From assembly GCA_964057225.1 (NCBI GenBank), contig OZ059895.1, forward strand, positions 15,004,001 to 15,068,000: 64,000 nt of DNA, given 5' to 3'. This DNA comes from Auanema rhodensis (Eukaryota; Animalia; Nematoda). The notes beneath the pieces were generated by a model. It saw only the letters and a list, made by a program, of their open reading frames with translations, had not been told where the DNA came from and searched no databases. Numbering within the stretch: the first letter of the stretch is position 1; each line of letters starts with the position of its first letter. Made by a program: the position numbers and the translations under genes. Shown piece by piece: positions 1 to 15,940 of this stretch.

Positions 1-302
1 CTTACTGTATATTGTCGGCATAATTTGCAACCTTGAAACTTTCGGGAGCAAAAAAAGTCAGCAAAGAGAGAGAGAGAGAGAGAGAAAGATAAGGAGGAAA
101 AATGAACAAAATAAAATACAAAAAGATAAAACTAACAAACGTATGCTAATGAACAATAAATACAGAGACAAAAAGTAGGTCAAAAACTAGTGAAATCTGC
201 AAACGTCATCGGAAATTTGTCAAAAAAAACATATATAATGAATGTGGTGCACCGTTTCAGTATTCGGAATGTATAATGATATATAACGACCAAAGGACAT
301 TT

Positions 303-1089
303 CTAGTATATTTGGCCAGCTTGCTTTTTATATGTTGCCCGTTCAACTTTCACTTCATCGTTAACCAGGCGATATTTATAAATAACAATACTGTCAGATT
401 GAACGTCCATTAAAGAGAATGAAGGCTCTACATCACTGAAATTCCAAAAAATACAAAAAAAAACCTTCGAAACATCATACCCGTCCTTGTACACTGAAAA
501 AGCTCCGGTTGCGCTGCCAGGGTCAACAAAGAAGCGGCCACCTCTTTCGACAGCAGAACATTCATGGGAATGTCCAGTGACAAGCACATCAACATCCAAT
601 TGGCGGGCAAGTTGATCAAGCATCTGAACATATATCGCATGCCTGCTTGCAATTCGAAAACGTTGTTTTACCCTATTGTTGTTCCACGGAACAATCTGGT
701 GACCATGGCAGAGACCAATACGAAATTGTCCAACGGTTACAACTTTGGTATATGGGTAATTGAGATTCTCATCGTCAAAATCGCCTTTTACAACATGGAC
801 ATCAGAAGATAGAGATCTGAAAAAACCAGTCAAAAACAAACAAATAAACAACCAATTGGGAGACAAACGGGAGAAAAAGTATTAGCATCGCACCTGAGAT
901 AATCTACCGTTTCTCTTGTACATAAGTTTCCTGTACAGAGAATATGTTGCATTTTATTAGGAACTAGAAGTTTCCTGAACTTCAGAGGAATGTTAGACTG
1001 CCTGTGAGGCAGAAAAAAGTCTCCAATAACAAGAACCAACTGAAATAAAAAAGATTTTACAACAATATAGAAAAAAGGGGACAAACCAT
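303..1089 (-). CDS. vps-29: Vacuolar protein sorting 29 (retromer subunit); exons 1089-1087 (ATG only), 1039-894, 816-672, 623-481, 435-303
   Basis: Spliced translation [41 protein letters not shown]...VHVVKGDFD...[12 protein letters not shown]...[14 protein letters not shown]...[10 protein letters not shown]...PSFSLMDVQ...[17 protein letters not shown] carries the VPS29 hallmark motifs; all introns are GT-AG and frame-consistent. Confidence 0.97.
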
Positions 1090-1852
1090 GTTTGAGCTGA
1101 ATGCAACACAACTTCTGCTTCTATTTAAACTGCAAAAAAAGTTTAAACAATTGAAAAAAGAAATATAAGAGAAAGTAATAAATCGAGCAAACGACATGAT
1201 GAAGATTTAGAACTGCATCTAGAGAGCCTTGTCTAATTTTCATTCGATTGCTAATTTTTTTCGGACATTTAAGGCAGATAAAGGATCGAGAGATCGAAAA
1301 TTGCATACAATTAGCAAGCAATGGGCAATATAAAACATAAAAACAAGAGAATGCCGAATTATCACCTAATTGAAGAAATAATTCATGCGAACAATGTTTT
1401 AAAAACTTATGATGATTCACTCTTCCATCAAAGTGAATAGTAACACAGTATATTAAACAATGTATAGCGCTTAGTAGTATCAGACAGTTCAACTCTCACA
1501 TAATGGAGCATTTTAAAACAAATATAATGATCATAGAAGTAAAAAAACAGACAACAAATCATAAGGGAGATTGACAAACTCCAAATAACAACAAGTTATA
1601 ACAAGATAATAGAAATTGAAATAGTAATCCACTCTTTCTTCCTTTCGTTATTGCTCTAGTTCTCTCTCTCTTACACACACACACACTTATACTCACAATC
1701 TATACCTCTCGGTATAATTTATCTTTATAATACTAATTTTATTTCTCACTCCCTCTCTCTCTCCCCTCTAACTTTTTTCCACAGTTATTATGTTCACTTC
1801 TTATTTCATTTAAAACTATCAAGACCAGAGATGAATAACAATCGCTGTTCTT

Positions 1853-3001
1853 TTATTCCGAACAATCAGAAGCAACAGCATTAGTTTCACTGAGTTCCTC
1901 ATTACTGCGAGGTATTATGGGATTCTGCAAATCGTCAGCAAAGACCTAATTCTAAAAGCAAAGCTGGCGTACCGATAAGAAAGTTCCCATGTATCCTCTA
2001 GTAATGTCCGGTCGTGAGACACGTAGAAGACGATAACCACGCTTTTCAAGATTTGTCATCTTCAGGAACATCATTATTGTTTGAGGACATCCTACCTAAA
2101 ATAATGGAAAACTTCTTCAGAACGTGCAAGCAAGACTTCACTTACAGATTTGAATTGATCAAAGTAAGGACCACTATACATAGTCATTTCTTTCATTATT
2201 TGAGGAAAGTCTAACCGTTTCCAAGGCATTTCAGCAAAATCTATCATTGCTCTAACAAGCCACACCTACAATGAATAGACAAAGTATAATCTTAGTTGTA
2301 TAGATTGAGAAAGTACTTGTTCTTCTTCTCCTTCAGCTGGATCACCCATTCTAACCTCAAAATTATAACCTAGATGGCTAATATATGTGCGCGAATCATC
2401 GGTAATCTTTAAACAGAATCAGCTATTAATGACAAAAGTTTGAACATCAAACCTGTTTAGGACAGAGGAAATCAAGAATAGCCAGCTCTAGCCTAGAATT
2501 ACCTTCACTGCCTGGGTACTTATCGTCTCGAGAAACGTGGTAAATACGAATAAACTTGAAAGAAAAATGCTTATAATATTAAAATTTGAGAAACAAAGCT
2601 TACTTTAACATCTAATGTATCTGCACTACCTCCTACTAAATCCATCTCCGTAACATATTGATATAACGGGAAAGTTTTATATGATCTACATGTCAGACAC
2701 GCTTGCAACGTAACATGATGTGTTGTAGGAACTTCGAGAGCATCCAACTGAGTTGTCACATACTCCCAATATCCACACCATTCGTGAACAGCAAAATTCG
2801 ATTCCTGTGAAATAATAACTCATAAGAAACGTCTTCAAAATAACTCACAACTGGTGCTTTTAATGTTTTTAATGATTTCGAAAATTGATTTCTGGCTCTA
2901 AGAATATCTCTATCAAATAGCCTAATAGCACATAAATTTGTTTGATCATACGCCATACGATGCTCTCCAGGAGGAGCTGACATTGAACGTCGAGGAAACA
3001 T
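1853..3001 (-). CDS. Uncharacterised 293-aa protein; exons 3001-2849, 2804-2604, 2554-2453, 2406-2317, 2265-2146, 2095-1973, 1945-1853
   Basis: Seven exons joined by six short GT-AG introns give one open frame (MFPRRSMSAPPGEHRMAY...ESNFAVHEWCGYWEYV...VWLVRAMIDFAEMPWKRLDF...ETNAVASDCSE*). TTTTCAG lies 1 nt before the ATG. Family not recognised. Confidence 0.85.
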
Positions 3002-3002
3002 T

Positions 3003-3163
3003 CTGAAAACTAACAACTTCAAAGAAAACAGAAAAAAAAACAATAAAATAATAACGGAGAAGACCGAAAAAGCAGAAAACAAGATAGGAAACCCGCATAT
3101 TTATAAAATGAGAGTAAAACGAAGAACATGAGGGTCAAAAATCTAAGTAAATAAATAAAAAAT
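3003..3163 (-). promoter_or_regulatory. Operon-like intercistronic region with trans-splice acceptor TTTTCAG (3009-3003)
   Basis: About 160 bp separate the NDUFAF7 stop from the next ATG. The sense strand is U-rich, with a TATAAA poly(A)-signal variant near 3101-3106, a TATCTT (UAYYUU-type) hexamer at 3086-3081, and a consensus acceptor with no matching upstream donor. Confidence 0.6.
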
Positions 3164-4980
<1,817 letters not shown>

Positions 4981-6206
4981 TTCAAGTTTGGAGAAAAATT
5001 TTGAAACTACAAATTTAAATATGAATAAACAAATTGAGAAAATTGAGAAAATATAGATGCACTCTAACCCTCTAAATGCTTGGAGCAATATAGCGCATAC
5101 ATTGTGTTGACGCATACTTGGTGTTCCATAGAGATGGAAAGAGAAATAATTATCTAGTTGCTATAATATGTAAATTACGCAAGGACATTAAAATTTTATT
5201 TTATTAATCATTATAAAAAAATTTCAAAATAATTATTAACTGAATTCAAAAGAGATACATGCAAAAGTGCAAAAATACTGATGTTAAGCTATAAAAGCAT
5301 GCTATTAAAGCTTGAAACGTACAGGTTTTTCAGAAATGTCTTGTCTTTCAAAAATATCAAAGCTTATTCTCAGCTTCTTCGCACTAGAAATTGGATATGA
5401 AATCAATCTAATAGCTCTTCGAGCTCTTCTCACTCTTCAATGGACATTCAACAGCCAAAATAATTAAAGATGCTACCAAAGAGAAATCGACCAATGCATT
5501 GAACCAAATCCACGGACGCGTAATATGCCGTGAACATTCGATTTATTTAATAACAAATAGACATGATGACCGGTTGTTCCAAACAATAACTTTAGAAATG
5601 TTTATAAAGTTTGATGTTGTGTTAAATATGCTTTAAAGATCAAATATAACAATGTTTTAAATTCAATATTTTATTCAAAGTTGCACTTAATTGGATCATG
5701 TTTTGCCTGATTAGTTAGGGAACATAAAAATAAAGCTTGAGAGCATTGAAGATGAAGGTTTAGATCGTTAAACAGACATGTTATGGCTCATTTAGTAGAC
5801 GAATTTAAAGGCACATTGCTAGAAGAAAGCACATACCCCAACCACTTGGAACAGTGCCTTCTTACGCTTTCATGAATTTTTTTTTGAAATTCTCAACTTA
5901 TCACATCGCATTGTTTCAAATTTGCCCCAGATTATTCTGTTGATCGTTACTTGCTCCAATACAAAGAATAGACAACATTGGGTAGTCTGTTCTCCAAGCT
6001 TCAAATGCTCCCCAGAGATAAGGTTTGAAATGCTCTGTCACTTTGATTTATATCCTGCCTTCTTCATATATGGACACTGCAACATTCTCATGTCCTTCAC
6101 TTTTCTTTACTTCAGCTTCCACTTGTCTAAAATTGTTTTGTAAAACCGTTTTAGAGTTTTATTGCACATTTTTTGAATTTTTTGTCTTTTTTTGTTCAGG
6201 TATGAG

Positions 6207-7206
6207 ATGAAACTAACCGTATTCTTCACATTTTTTGTTGTTGTAAGTTTCTTTTATGTTGAAAAATTTATTCAAAAACATTCTTAAGAATTGAAAAATA
6301 AAAGTTTATTTCAGACAAATTGTGACGAATATCTAGAACTGATCAAAAGTACAGTAGGTGTGAGAATACTACCAATGAGGGTTGAAGTAAACAGTACTGA
6401 ATTAGTTGGAACAACAGCATGTCGATTATCAGTTCATAAGTATGCTTAAGCTCATTCATCGTTGTTTTTCTTCAAAATTTATATTTTCTTTGTTTAGAAA
6501 TACATGTACGGGACCTGTTATAGGTATTAATGATACTATATCTTGGTCAACAAAAGTTTGTTTTCAATGGAGATGTAATGCACGTAAGTTTTGGCTTTGA
6601 AATTAGTTTAAGAGATGAATCATCATGCTTCAGTTGATCATGCTATGAAAATCAGTAATTGTTGGATTGGAACAACTAAAAATCCTGTGTATTTGATAAG
6701 AGGAGATGGGTATGAGCTTACATACTCTATAAACTATATGCTTTATGACTTCAGAAGCTTATGCCTATAATACTTATTTTCAGATGCACAACAGAATCTG
6801 CTCTATTACGTACGCCGTCGTATCTTTCATTTCAACGAGCAATATCAATTGGATGGCTTACTGTTCGTGAAATTGGTATGAAGAATATCTACATTCAATG
6901 TGATATAACACTCTGCCATTTCTGTGATCCCTATTGTCAAGCTGATACGGTATGATGACGAAATTCGATTTTCTTCATGTTCTTCTACAAAATTCGTTTC
7001 AGCCACCTCGTAAGTGTAGTGGTTATTCCAATAATACTGTGGATAACTATGATCGCATGTGGAATACAAGTAAAGCTGTTGATAAGCTGTGTAATCCTGT
7101 AATAGAGCTTGATGATGCTTTAACATCGGCAGTTTCTTCACATACAATCCCATTAAATATTCTGAGCTTATTGTCTATTTACCTCATTTCTAAGTATACT
7201 TTCTGA
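6207..7206 (+). CDS. Secreted cuticlin-like protein with a standalone ZP-C domain, 230 aa; exons 6207-6242, 6315-6439, 6498-6583, 6634-6709, 6784-6949, 7003-7206
   Basis: Signal peptide MKLTVFFTFFVVTNC; cuticlin ZP-C pattern CRLSVH..C..VCFQWRC..MKISNCWIG..YLIRGDGC..LLRTPSY..IYIQCDITLC..C..C..PPRKC; hydrophobic C-terminal tail; AATAAA at 7345-7350; all splice phases consistent. Confidence 0.85.
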
Positions 7207-8236
7207 ATAATACTCCACGGGTTTCCAGTATGTACTTGTAGAATCTTTCTACATGCTTGTAACCATTCCATTAAACTTCAACATTGTTCATTTTCATGAA
7301 TTTTCATGATTTTCTCTTAGCTATTCTATAACAACCAAATGCTCAATAAACATTTTATTCCCCAAGTTTTAAGTTTTTTCTGTTTAAATAATTATTTTTT
7401 ACAAACATATAAGTCCAATTTCAACATTTCATATAAGCAAACACAGATGTGAAAGCTTTTTTCAACAAATTTCCATTTTCAGTTTCATCTGTTCCGATGT
7501 AATGATGATGATAATCGTTCAGTTCATCATCAACCAACCATATCTATTCGTCTTTTATGAAATTGATCCTTCATTTAGCCAAATATGAAGCATCATTGTC
7601 AAACATTTATTCAGAAAGAACATCTGTCTGTCTATTCGCCAACTACTACTGCTACTGCTGCTGCTGATGCTGCTGATGCTGCTTCAGCTCAGAGCATAAG
7701 CTTTCACTTATAAAATCATAAACGTTCTAATAATAAGCTACATACATATATACATATGTATATGTACAAAAGATACAACGTGAACTGGTCCTAGAGGACG
7801 TTACTCACATTCATTCGCCAGTTTCCAAATTTGTTCCCTGTTTATGAGCAATTTGGTTTCAATTTCAAGCTTGTCAGTCGACTTTCAACTTCTATTACCT
7901 TTGTGCCTAATGATATTATGGACAGCTGGTTGGCGTTGTTGTCTTTTCAGCAGCATTAACACAAGCAGTAGCAGCAGTAGCACAGCCGCGCAACGCTGAA
8001 TATAATATCAAGCAGCATGGTTGTTAGAGAAAGAAGGTGATATAGTTCAATAAGCAATGCATATAAACATGAAGTTGCAAAGCTAATTTGTCAAGCTTAA
8101 ACCTAAAAGCAAATCAAATGCAACACATATACATAAATTACTTTCAAAAATGGACTATTATATTACTTAAATCTATACTATACTATGTATGTATATGATA
8201 TTTAGATATTTAAAACAAATTACATGATGAAGCTGT

Positions 8237-8284
<48 letters not shown>

Positions 8285-9172
8285 GAGCAGTAAACACAAC
8301 ATACATTCATACATCCACACAGCTACACACAGACACACACAGACACCAGAAAACACACACACAACCGCTCTGTTCGCAAATGAGACTGAAAATGACAAAC
8401 AGACGTTGGCACCCACACGCGCGAGTGTATGCATTCTCATGAATTTGCATTCAGTTCTTTTTGAATTGTATGCCAGCTGGTTAGTCAAGATTTGATGAGA
8501 AAATCTAAGACTACTATCTATGGCTTTATGTATTCTTGCCCTCCCTTTCTCTGTTTTTCACTGTCTCTCTCTCTCTCTCTCTCTCACTCATTCACTCTCT
8601 CCCTCTCTCTCTCCCTCTATATCCGACTCTTTTTCTCCTAAAAATTTGGCTTTTATTTAAGATTGTTGTGTTGTCGGAAATATTAACCATACCGCGCTAT
8701 AGCCTTGGGAGTGACCAGCACCAATTAGCAAGCTTGATGAGAAAGTAGAAATTGAATCATGAATGACTCTTCATCGTTTTCTCCTCTTCCGACAACTTCA
8801 TTACTCTACAACACAAACTATATTATTTTAGTTATTAGTCGTATTGTAGAGTTCAGGTCTTATAACTTCTTGAATAACCTTTTAGCTTCAAAGCACCATT
8901 CTCCCCTCTTTTACCCCCACCCTGCCTAGAAATCAACTTTATTAGTTTGGACTGAGAGCCAATTAAAGGAGTCCAGTCTTCTATCTTCTCTTCTTTCTAT
9001 TCATGTGCTATTCGAACTCTCCACAAACATGAGCTTGACTGCTGTTGGTGGTACAGCCATTGGTGCGGCAGAGGATAAGACCTAGTTGGACTTGGATGTC
9101 AGCAGTTCATTACGAGCTTTTACTTCATCTTTCAACCGGCTTTTGGGCTGTCAAAAGAGTAAGGAATATGAA

Positions 9173-9249
<77 letters not shown>

Positions 9250-10082
9250 GTCATTGTGTATAAATGTGTGTAAGTAAATACTTAAAACAAATGACTAACA
9301 TTCAATGACAATTGTCATCATATGTATATGTGTTCATATATGGAGAAGCAGAAGCCAATCATTGGCATTCTATGCCGTCGGCATTTTCTCATCATCATGC
9401 CCTTCTCTTCTGTTCGTTCCTTGTTTCATGCTTACAAATGGGTATTTTTCAAATTAACCTTTCAAATATAATTAGAAAAAATTGTTTTTTTTTTATTTAA
9501 AAAACTTTATATTCAAAGGAAGAAAGATAAGGTGGTAGTATGTTCGATAACTCGAATATCTCAGTTCATAAACGCACTTAAAACTAAAAAAAAAAGAAAA
9601 AAAATCTCAATTGATTTGACAAAAATACTTTTTTTGAATTAAAAAATACAAAAAGAGATATGGAATGTCGAAATTCTGGTTAAAAATAATCTTAAAATAT
9701 AATTTGTTTAATATAATAAATATAAGAAAATGTGTGGTAGAAGAAAAAAAAATGAAAGAAGATTAAGTTTGAGGCAAGACACTAAAAAGCAGCTGAATTA
9801 TGGTCACTTTTTATAGTAATAATAATAATAATAATAATATAATCTATATAATTAAGAAAAATATATAATTAACTATATATTAAAACAAAAATAAATCTGA
9901 AAATTATCACAATAATCCGTTTCAGCTTCTTTTCATTTGTGCTGGCTAAATGTGACACGTCGAGATGAGATCAAAACTGTTCAGAAAGAGGTTGGATGGG
10001 AATGAATTGTAAGAGATTAAGAGAAAGAGAGAGAGACAGAGAGAGAGAGAGAGGTTTTTAATAATAAAATTGAAAGAAACTA

Positions 10083-11067
10083 TTATAAAACATTAGAAAT
10101 TATAAAGAAAAACATGAGTAATAAGCTAAGTTGAACAATTTGCTGATGATGGTCCGATGATGAATTGATCGCTAACAGCATGTCTTGATCATTACAATGA
10201 TCTCCTGTACATGAGCAAAATGTGACCTGAAATATATAATTTTTAATTTTTAAATTAAAATTTTATTAAAAAATTAAATATTTTCTATGAATTACAACGA
10301 TCCCGTTAAGTTGTAAGTATGTTCAAGCATAGGTTTTATGAAAAAGCTTGAACATGAAGGGTCAAAGAGATTGGTCTATACTGGAGAGAGAAAAAGGGAG
10401 AAAATCTCAGAACTTCTCGAAATTCTCCCTCATAACCTAAGAACTGAAAAGGCTTAATTTCAAATTTCTTCTTCTTTTCTGTATATCTCGTTATTGGAAT
10501 AATTCTGAAGGACTAGAAGACATGTTCGTGACAATCTATTACGTTCTCGTATATCTTTCAAGGCTTATTTATATGAAAATTATGGGTTTATCTTGTCTTG
10601 TATACCAGTTATCTCGTAATATTATTCATTTAGTCTTATAAAAAGAATAATATATGAAGGTGTACCTCTTGATATATAGAGAGATAGAGAGAGAAAGAGA
10701 GAAAGGTAAAGATGATTACTTCTTCTGTTGGTTAAGCTTACAGCCAATCTACATGTTCAATACATGAATATATATGGGTATAGGCAAAAACAAGAGAAAG
10801 AGAGAAATATACTGAGAGAAGGTTATACAGCATAGTTAAAGCTTAGAGAGCATAGGTAACTGAATAACGTATATAGTCAATATATTATAAATAGACGAAC
10901 AGTAGTTTATAATGTTAATAAAGTAAAGACAGTGAATATTAAATGAAATTAGCAAATTAACTGAGATTAAGAGTGAAAATGGAATATGAACATAGCCAAT
11001 TCTCTTTGTTATTCTTGTATATACCAATCTCTCTAGTTTTCAACTTCAAGCCTATTACGTCTCTCTC

Positions 11068-11125
<58 letters not shown>

Positions 11126-13183
11126 TTTTATTACCTCCATCTACCACCTACTACTACGTTATCATGATTCTTATTGGAACACAACGAATTGACTATTCTC
11201 TTCTAGCTCATGAATATTCCAAAATTTAAATAAAAATTATTTTTCTTTGTATAATTTAGTGAAATGTGTAACATTAATATATTCAAGAGTTGGTTAATGG
11301 ACGTACCAGTTCACTTTCTTCAGATAATGGCTGAAGTCGCAATAGTTTTCGATCTGTTTGTCGACAAATTCTTTGTGGATATGGCTGAGTTAATACATTC
11401 CGAACGTCATCATCCAATCCGAATAATAGAAGACGATCTACACATCCACGTAGAACACCATGATACTCATTAGCTGGTGCATCTGTAATAAACGTGCTAT
11501 ACATAATGGTCCTGTCACGAAAATAGCAATAGCTAAATATTTGAATCAGATAATAGAAGAGGATGAAGAAAAAGGAAAAAAAAGCAAAAAAACTCAAAAC
11601 ATTTGAGATGTTAAAACATGTGTTTCAACGATGAAAAGCGAAAGATTGATGAAGTAGCACGAATAAAATTTCGCATTTTGGCATTTTGTATGACACGAGA
11701 TCTCGATATGCATTCTTAGTTTCGATATTGTTTAAAATTCCCTGAAATTCCTGGTTCTATCTCTTGTATCCAAGTACAGAGCTTTCTTCATTCATTCATT
11801 TATTTTGTCTTTCTATTCAGCCCCCCCCCCTCTTCTCCCATCTCATCAGTTTTCAAATAAGAGCTTGGATATTGTATAGTTTGACCTGCACTTAGATGTC
11901 TCAGAAGAATTATCTGCAGCCCCCCTCTTTCCTTTCCTGTCACCATCTCTTCATCCCTTTCTCCCTTATACACAGAAAGTTCTGTTCAAACAACTAACTT
12001 TTCATTTACTTCGTTGCTATCCAAGTATAACAGCAAAAAAATTTCCAGTTTTCATGTCTAATATCTTATCCACCTTAATGATATTGCCCCCAGGGCATGT
12101 AAAAGCTTTATGTGCAATCAAATGCTCTAAATGTTGTCAAGCAATACAGCTTATGCAGCTAGTCGTAGCCAGCTGGGGTTGGTCGTTCATTCAGTCGGAG
12201 TAGCAGCAGCAGCAGCAGCAGCAGCATCCAAGTTCGTCAGCAGATCTGTCCCTTTGAGATTGCTTCAGTATTTATACACATAAGCATCTATGATGGTGGC
12301 ATAACGGTTAAAACAATTGGTTTTTCCTTCAAAATCCACCAGACACACACAGAAAAACTTTGAAGGAAAATCACATAAAAGAAAGACGAAAAAACGAAAT
12401 GCCCTTGAAACAGCATTTAAGCTTAGAAGTAGAAGAGAGTGGGGAGGGGTGGCTGACGTCGAAGCAGCAATTCAGATGACAGAAGAAGATGCTCAAAGCA
12501 CGACGACTATGCTTATGCAAAACTATATAGACTACAACTGGAACATAACTGTTAGTTAATTCGAACCATCAAAAAGCCAAATAAAAGCGATTACGAACAC
12601 AGAAGTAGCTGGATGATTGGTATGGAAAACAGCTAAAACAAGCAGTTTGATGCTTCATTTTGCCCATTAAATTCATTACAAATTACGTACGATGGAGCAA
12701 GATTCTGATGCTCATGACGTTTTGGCCTATTTGGTAAACACTAATAAATGAATTCTTCACAACATCTTTATCTGAAGGAAAGAACATGTTATTGTAGAAT
12801 GTGAGCAAGTAGCAAACTAAGATATAAGACAGATTTTGAATGTTTACAGTTACACATTAACTATATTATTTATATAATATAGTTAAAAGTTATTATTATT
12901 AAACGTTAACTATGCCCTTTTAATATTAATACATCATACATCTCCGGTTACTTATTGCCTTGTTCTAAGAGAGAGAGAGAGAAAGTCTGACGCATTCAAA
13001 AGGCAAATGTATGCTTCTCAGGTTGCTTCACATTTCATTCAATTTCCGACACACTGACCACTATTACTATATCTTTAAACTATACATAGATCCTGCATAT
13101 ACTATAACCGGAAATAAAATTTTAACAAATGCTCATCATTGTCATTCAAACATGAATAAATCAGAGAATGATATAGAGAGAGG

Positions 13184-13220
<37 letters not shown>

Positions 13221-14087
13221 GGGGAGAGAGACGAAGAAGACGTTTCATGATGATGAGTACATCAGCGATTGATGAGCTTCACTTACATAGCAACCGTAAT
13301 AGCTTCAAGTTGAACGAAATATGAAACTTGATGAGAATTAACTGGAAGCTAAGATCAAAGTACAACGAATGCAACCGTTTTGTACATGAAATCCTAGTTG
13401 CAACTCAGTTATGAGCCTTCATATCATGTATAACTCAAGTTGCTTCTTTTCCTTCTCTGCATGGTATAGTCACACACATATAGTCTAGTTAACTATAATA
13501 ATTTTTTTTTAAACTATATGATAGAAAAGAAGAATAAATATTAAAAAAATAAAATAAAATATATTATAAACTTAAAGCCAATGAATTAAGATGAATAATC
13601 TGTAAAAAGCCAAACTACATATCCCTCACATTCTCTCTATTCCTACTTCCCTTCTTATATACATACCTATTAAGGTTAGCATATTTTCATTGAATGAACA
13701 TATAAATAGCTTTATAAGATATATAATATATAATATTTGTTTGCGAAACATATCCCATCGGGACTTATTAGCTTGATATTGTTATCAGAATTTAATCTCA
13801 TTCACTAGGTACAACGTCGTCGTTGTTGCCCCGTTCTGGAGGACAGAAACAGTTAATCATTTTTATATTTAATATCATATAGTAAAACTTATATAAACTA
13901 CTGCACTTATAATTTAATCAAACTAATCATTATATATGTATAATGAGATTTTCATTTTAAATATTAATTTATAAATGAAGTTTTTAATATTCTTTTTAAT
14001 TTTACCACAATACTTATTTCATGTTATATATTTATTATATATAACATATTTTATCAGAATAAATTATATACACCTTTCAACCTTTCA

Positions 14088-14134
<47 letters not shown>

Positions 14135-14677
14135 TTCGTTCCCTTTAAAGGAGCCAAAATCAACTAAATTATGTAAAATTCAATTATTATAATATAAAAC
14201 ATAAAATATGATTATAAAAAGATTTCTAATCTTTATTGTATATTGAATTTTCCTGAAAACCATAAACCTCTACTTCTTGCATTTTCCCTTCTTTTCTCCT
14301 CTCGTTCTCATAACAGCTGCATCTGACTAATCCAATAGCAATTAGACAATTGAGCTTTCAAAATAATTTTAAAAGCATTCATGTATGTATATGTGATGGT
14401 ACATCAGATATCCTTAAACAATATCATCATACTCATAGCTATCTCTCCCTCTCTCTCTCTCTTTGAACTCCTATCCACACCGTCTCTCTCTCTCTCTTTT
14501 TGTCTTTCTCATCTTTTTTTCTTTCAATTCTCGACTTGTATTTCTATATATTCTCATTTTGTTTGCATGTCACATTCTCACCAATCCCTCATAAATATGT
14601 GACTATGATAGGTAGCCTTTCCCTTTTTCGAAAGAATGAAAAAGAATGAAAGATGAAGAGACCAAAGTAAGAAAGCG

Positions 14678-14710
<33 letters not shown>

Positions 14711-15073
14711 GAGAAAGAGAGAGAGAGAGAAAGGGAGAAGGAGTTGGAAGTTGGAAGTTGTTCTGAATTTCCAATTAGAATTCAATTGATTCCTTTTCTG
14801 ACTTTACCTTCCCCCCGAAAAGTCAGATACTAAGCAAAAAGAATCAAAGTACCTTCTTCTTTTACACAAAAAAAAAGAATAATAGAAGTAACAAACTGAA
14901 TACATATCTCTCTAAACAAAGAGTTATTCCCCTTTCCTCCTGTTCGTACCTTTCCACATGTCCTCCCTATATTACATCGTTATATACTATATATATATCA
15001 TATATAGTATATAATATTAAAGAAAACAAAAATAAAATTTTAAATAGATTTACGTAGCTCTCTTTTCCCTTCT

Positions 15074-15137
<64 letters not shown>

Positions 15138-15715
15138 CTCTCTCTTTCTCTTTCCTCTATATCCCCCCTCTCTCTCTCTCTCTCTCCATTTACCATGGGG
15201 CATATATGCTCATTTCTATGTCATTGCATTCATTCTTTTCAAACTCTTCTTCAATGACAAGTCAGCTTTTAATTGAACTGCCGTTATATGAAAAAGAAAG
15301 AAACTGGGTGAGAATAGATGAGATGTTATTCGTAAAGTATGTAATAAAGCATTACTATATCCATATAGTTATAATTATAAATATATATATATATGGATAT
15401 CAATGATTAGAAAGAAAAATGAAAAGAAGACGAAAAATATTTTCAATTAGTAAAACATACAGTCATGCTGATCGATTCGTTCCACAAGAGTAAAACAGGC
15501 TGAAGAACATTGAACTACACCTATACCTGAAATCAATACAAACATAACATATAGTTAATATATACCATATAAACAATATAATAAAAATTTATAATGAAAT
15601 GATTCAAATCGATATACCTGTATCTGGTTGCCAACATCTATCAGTAAAATTTTTTGGAGGAAAGTAATGATGCATTAATCGATTCCATAGAGGTAGATAA
15701 GCAAATGAAGCACAA
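10083..15715 (-). CDS. Ly6/LU-domain GPI-anchored protein of the nematode ODR-2/HOT family (5'-partial); exons 15715-15618, 15526-15461, 11482-11307, 10226-10083
   Basis: The four exons splice in frame to CASFAYLPLWNRLMHHYFPPKNFTDRCWQPDTGIGVVQCSSACFTLVE...GVLRGCVDRLL...RICRQTDR...VTFCSCTGDHCN, followed by a hydrophobic GPI-signal-like tail. The signal-peptide exon and first Cys were not securely located. Confidence 0.85.
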
Positions 15716-15904
15716 CTTAAAATATAATAATATACATAAATATATAATTTATATTATATAATTTATAATAATGCTCTTTCTTAACTATATACAGCAAAAA
15801 AAAACATAATATGCTTGATGTATATACATAAATTTAAATTTTCTAATAACTTCATGACATTAAAATAAGCTTTCAAATTCTTGTCAAAGCTTGTAGCTCC
15901 TGCT

Positions 15905-15940
<36 letters not shown>

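Noticed and set aside
1121-1492. 123-aa minus-strand ORF between the orphan gene and vps-29
   Set aside because: Non-ATG start, F/L/C-rich composition typical of AT-rich non-coding DNA, and no exon structure.
5900-6130. Coding-looking minus-strand stretch upstream of the ZP gene
   Set aside because: Interrupted by stop codons, with no recognisable family or coherent splice chain.
9905-9980. Possible extra exon after the HOT gene stop (ISSRRVTFSQHK*)
   Set aside because: The gene already ends in a complete GPI-like tail at 10083 and there is no compatible donor; likely 3' UTR.
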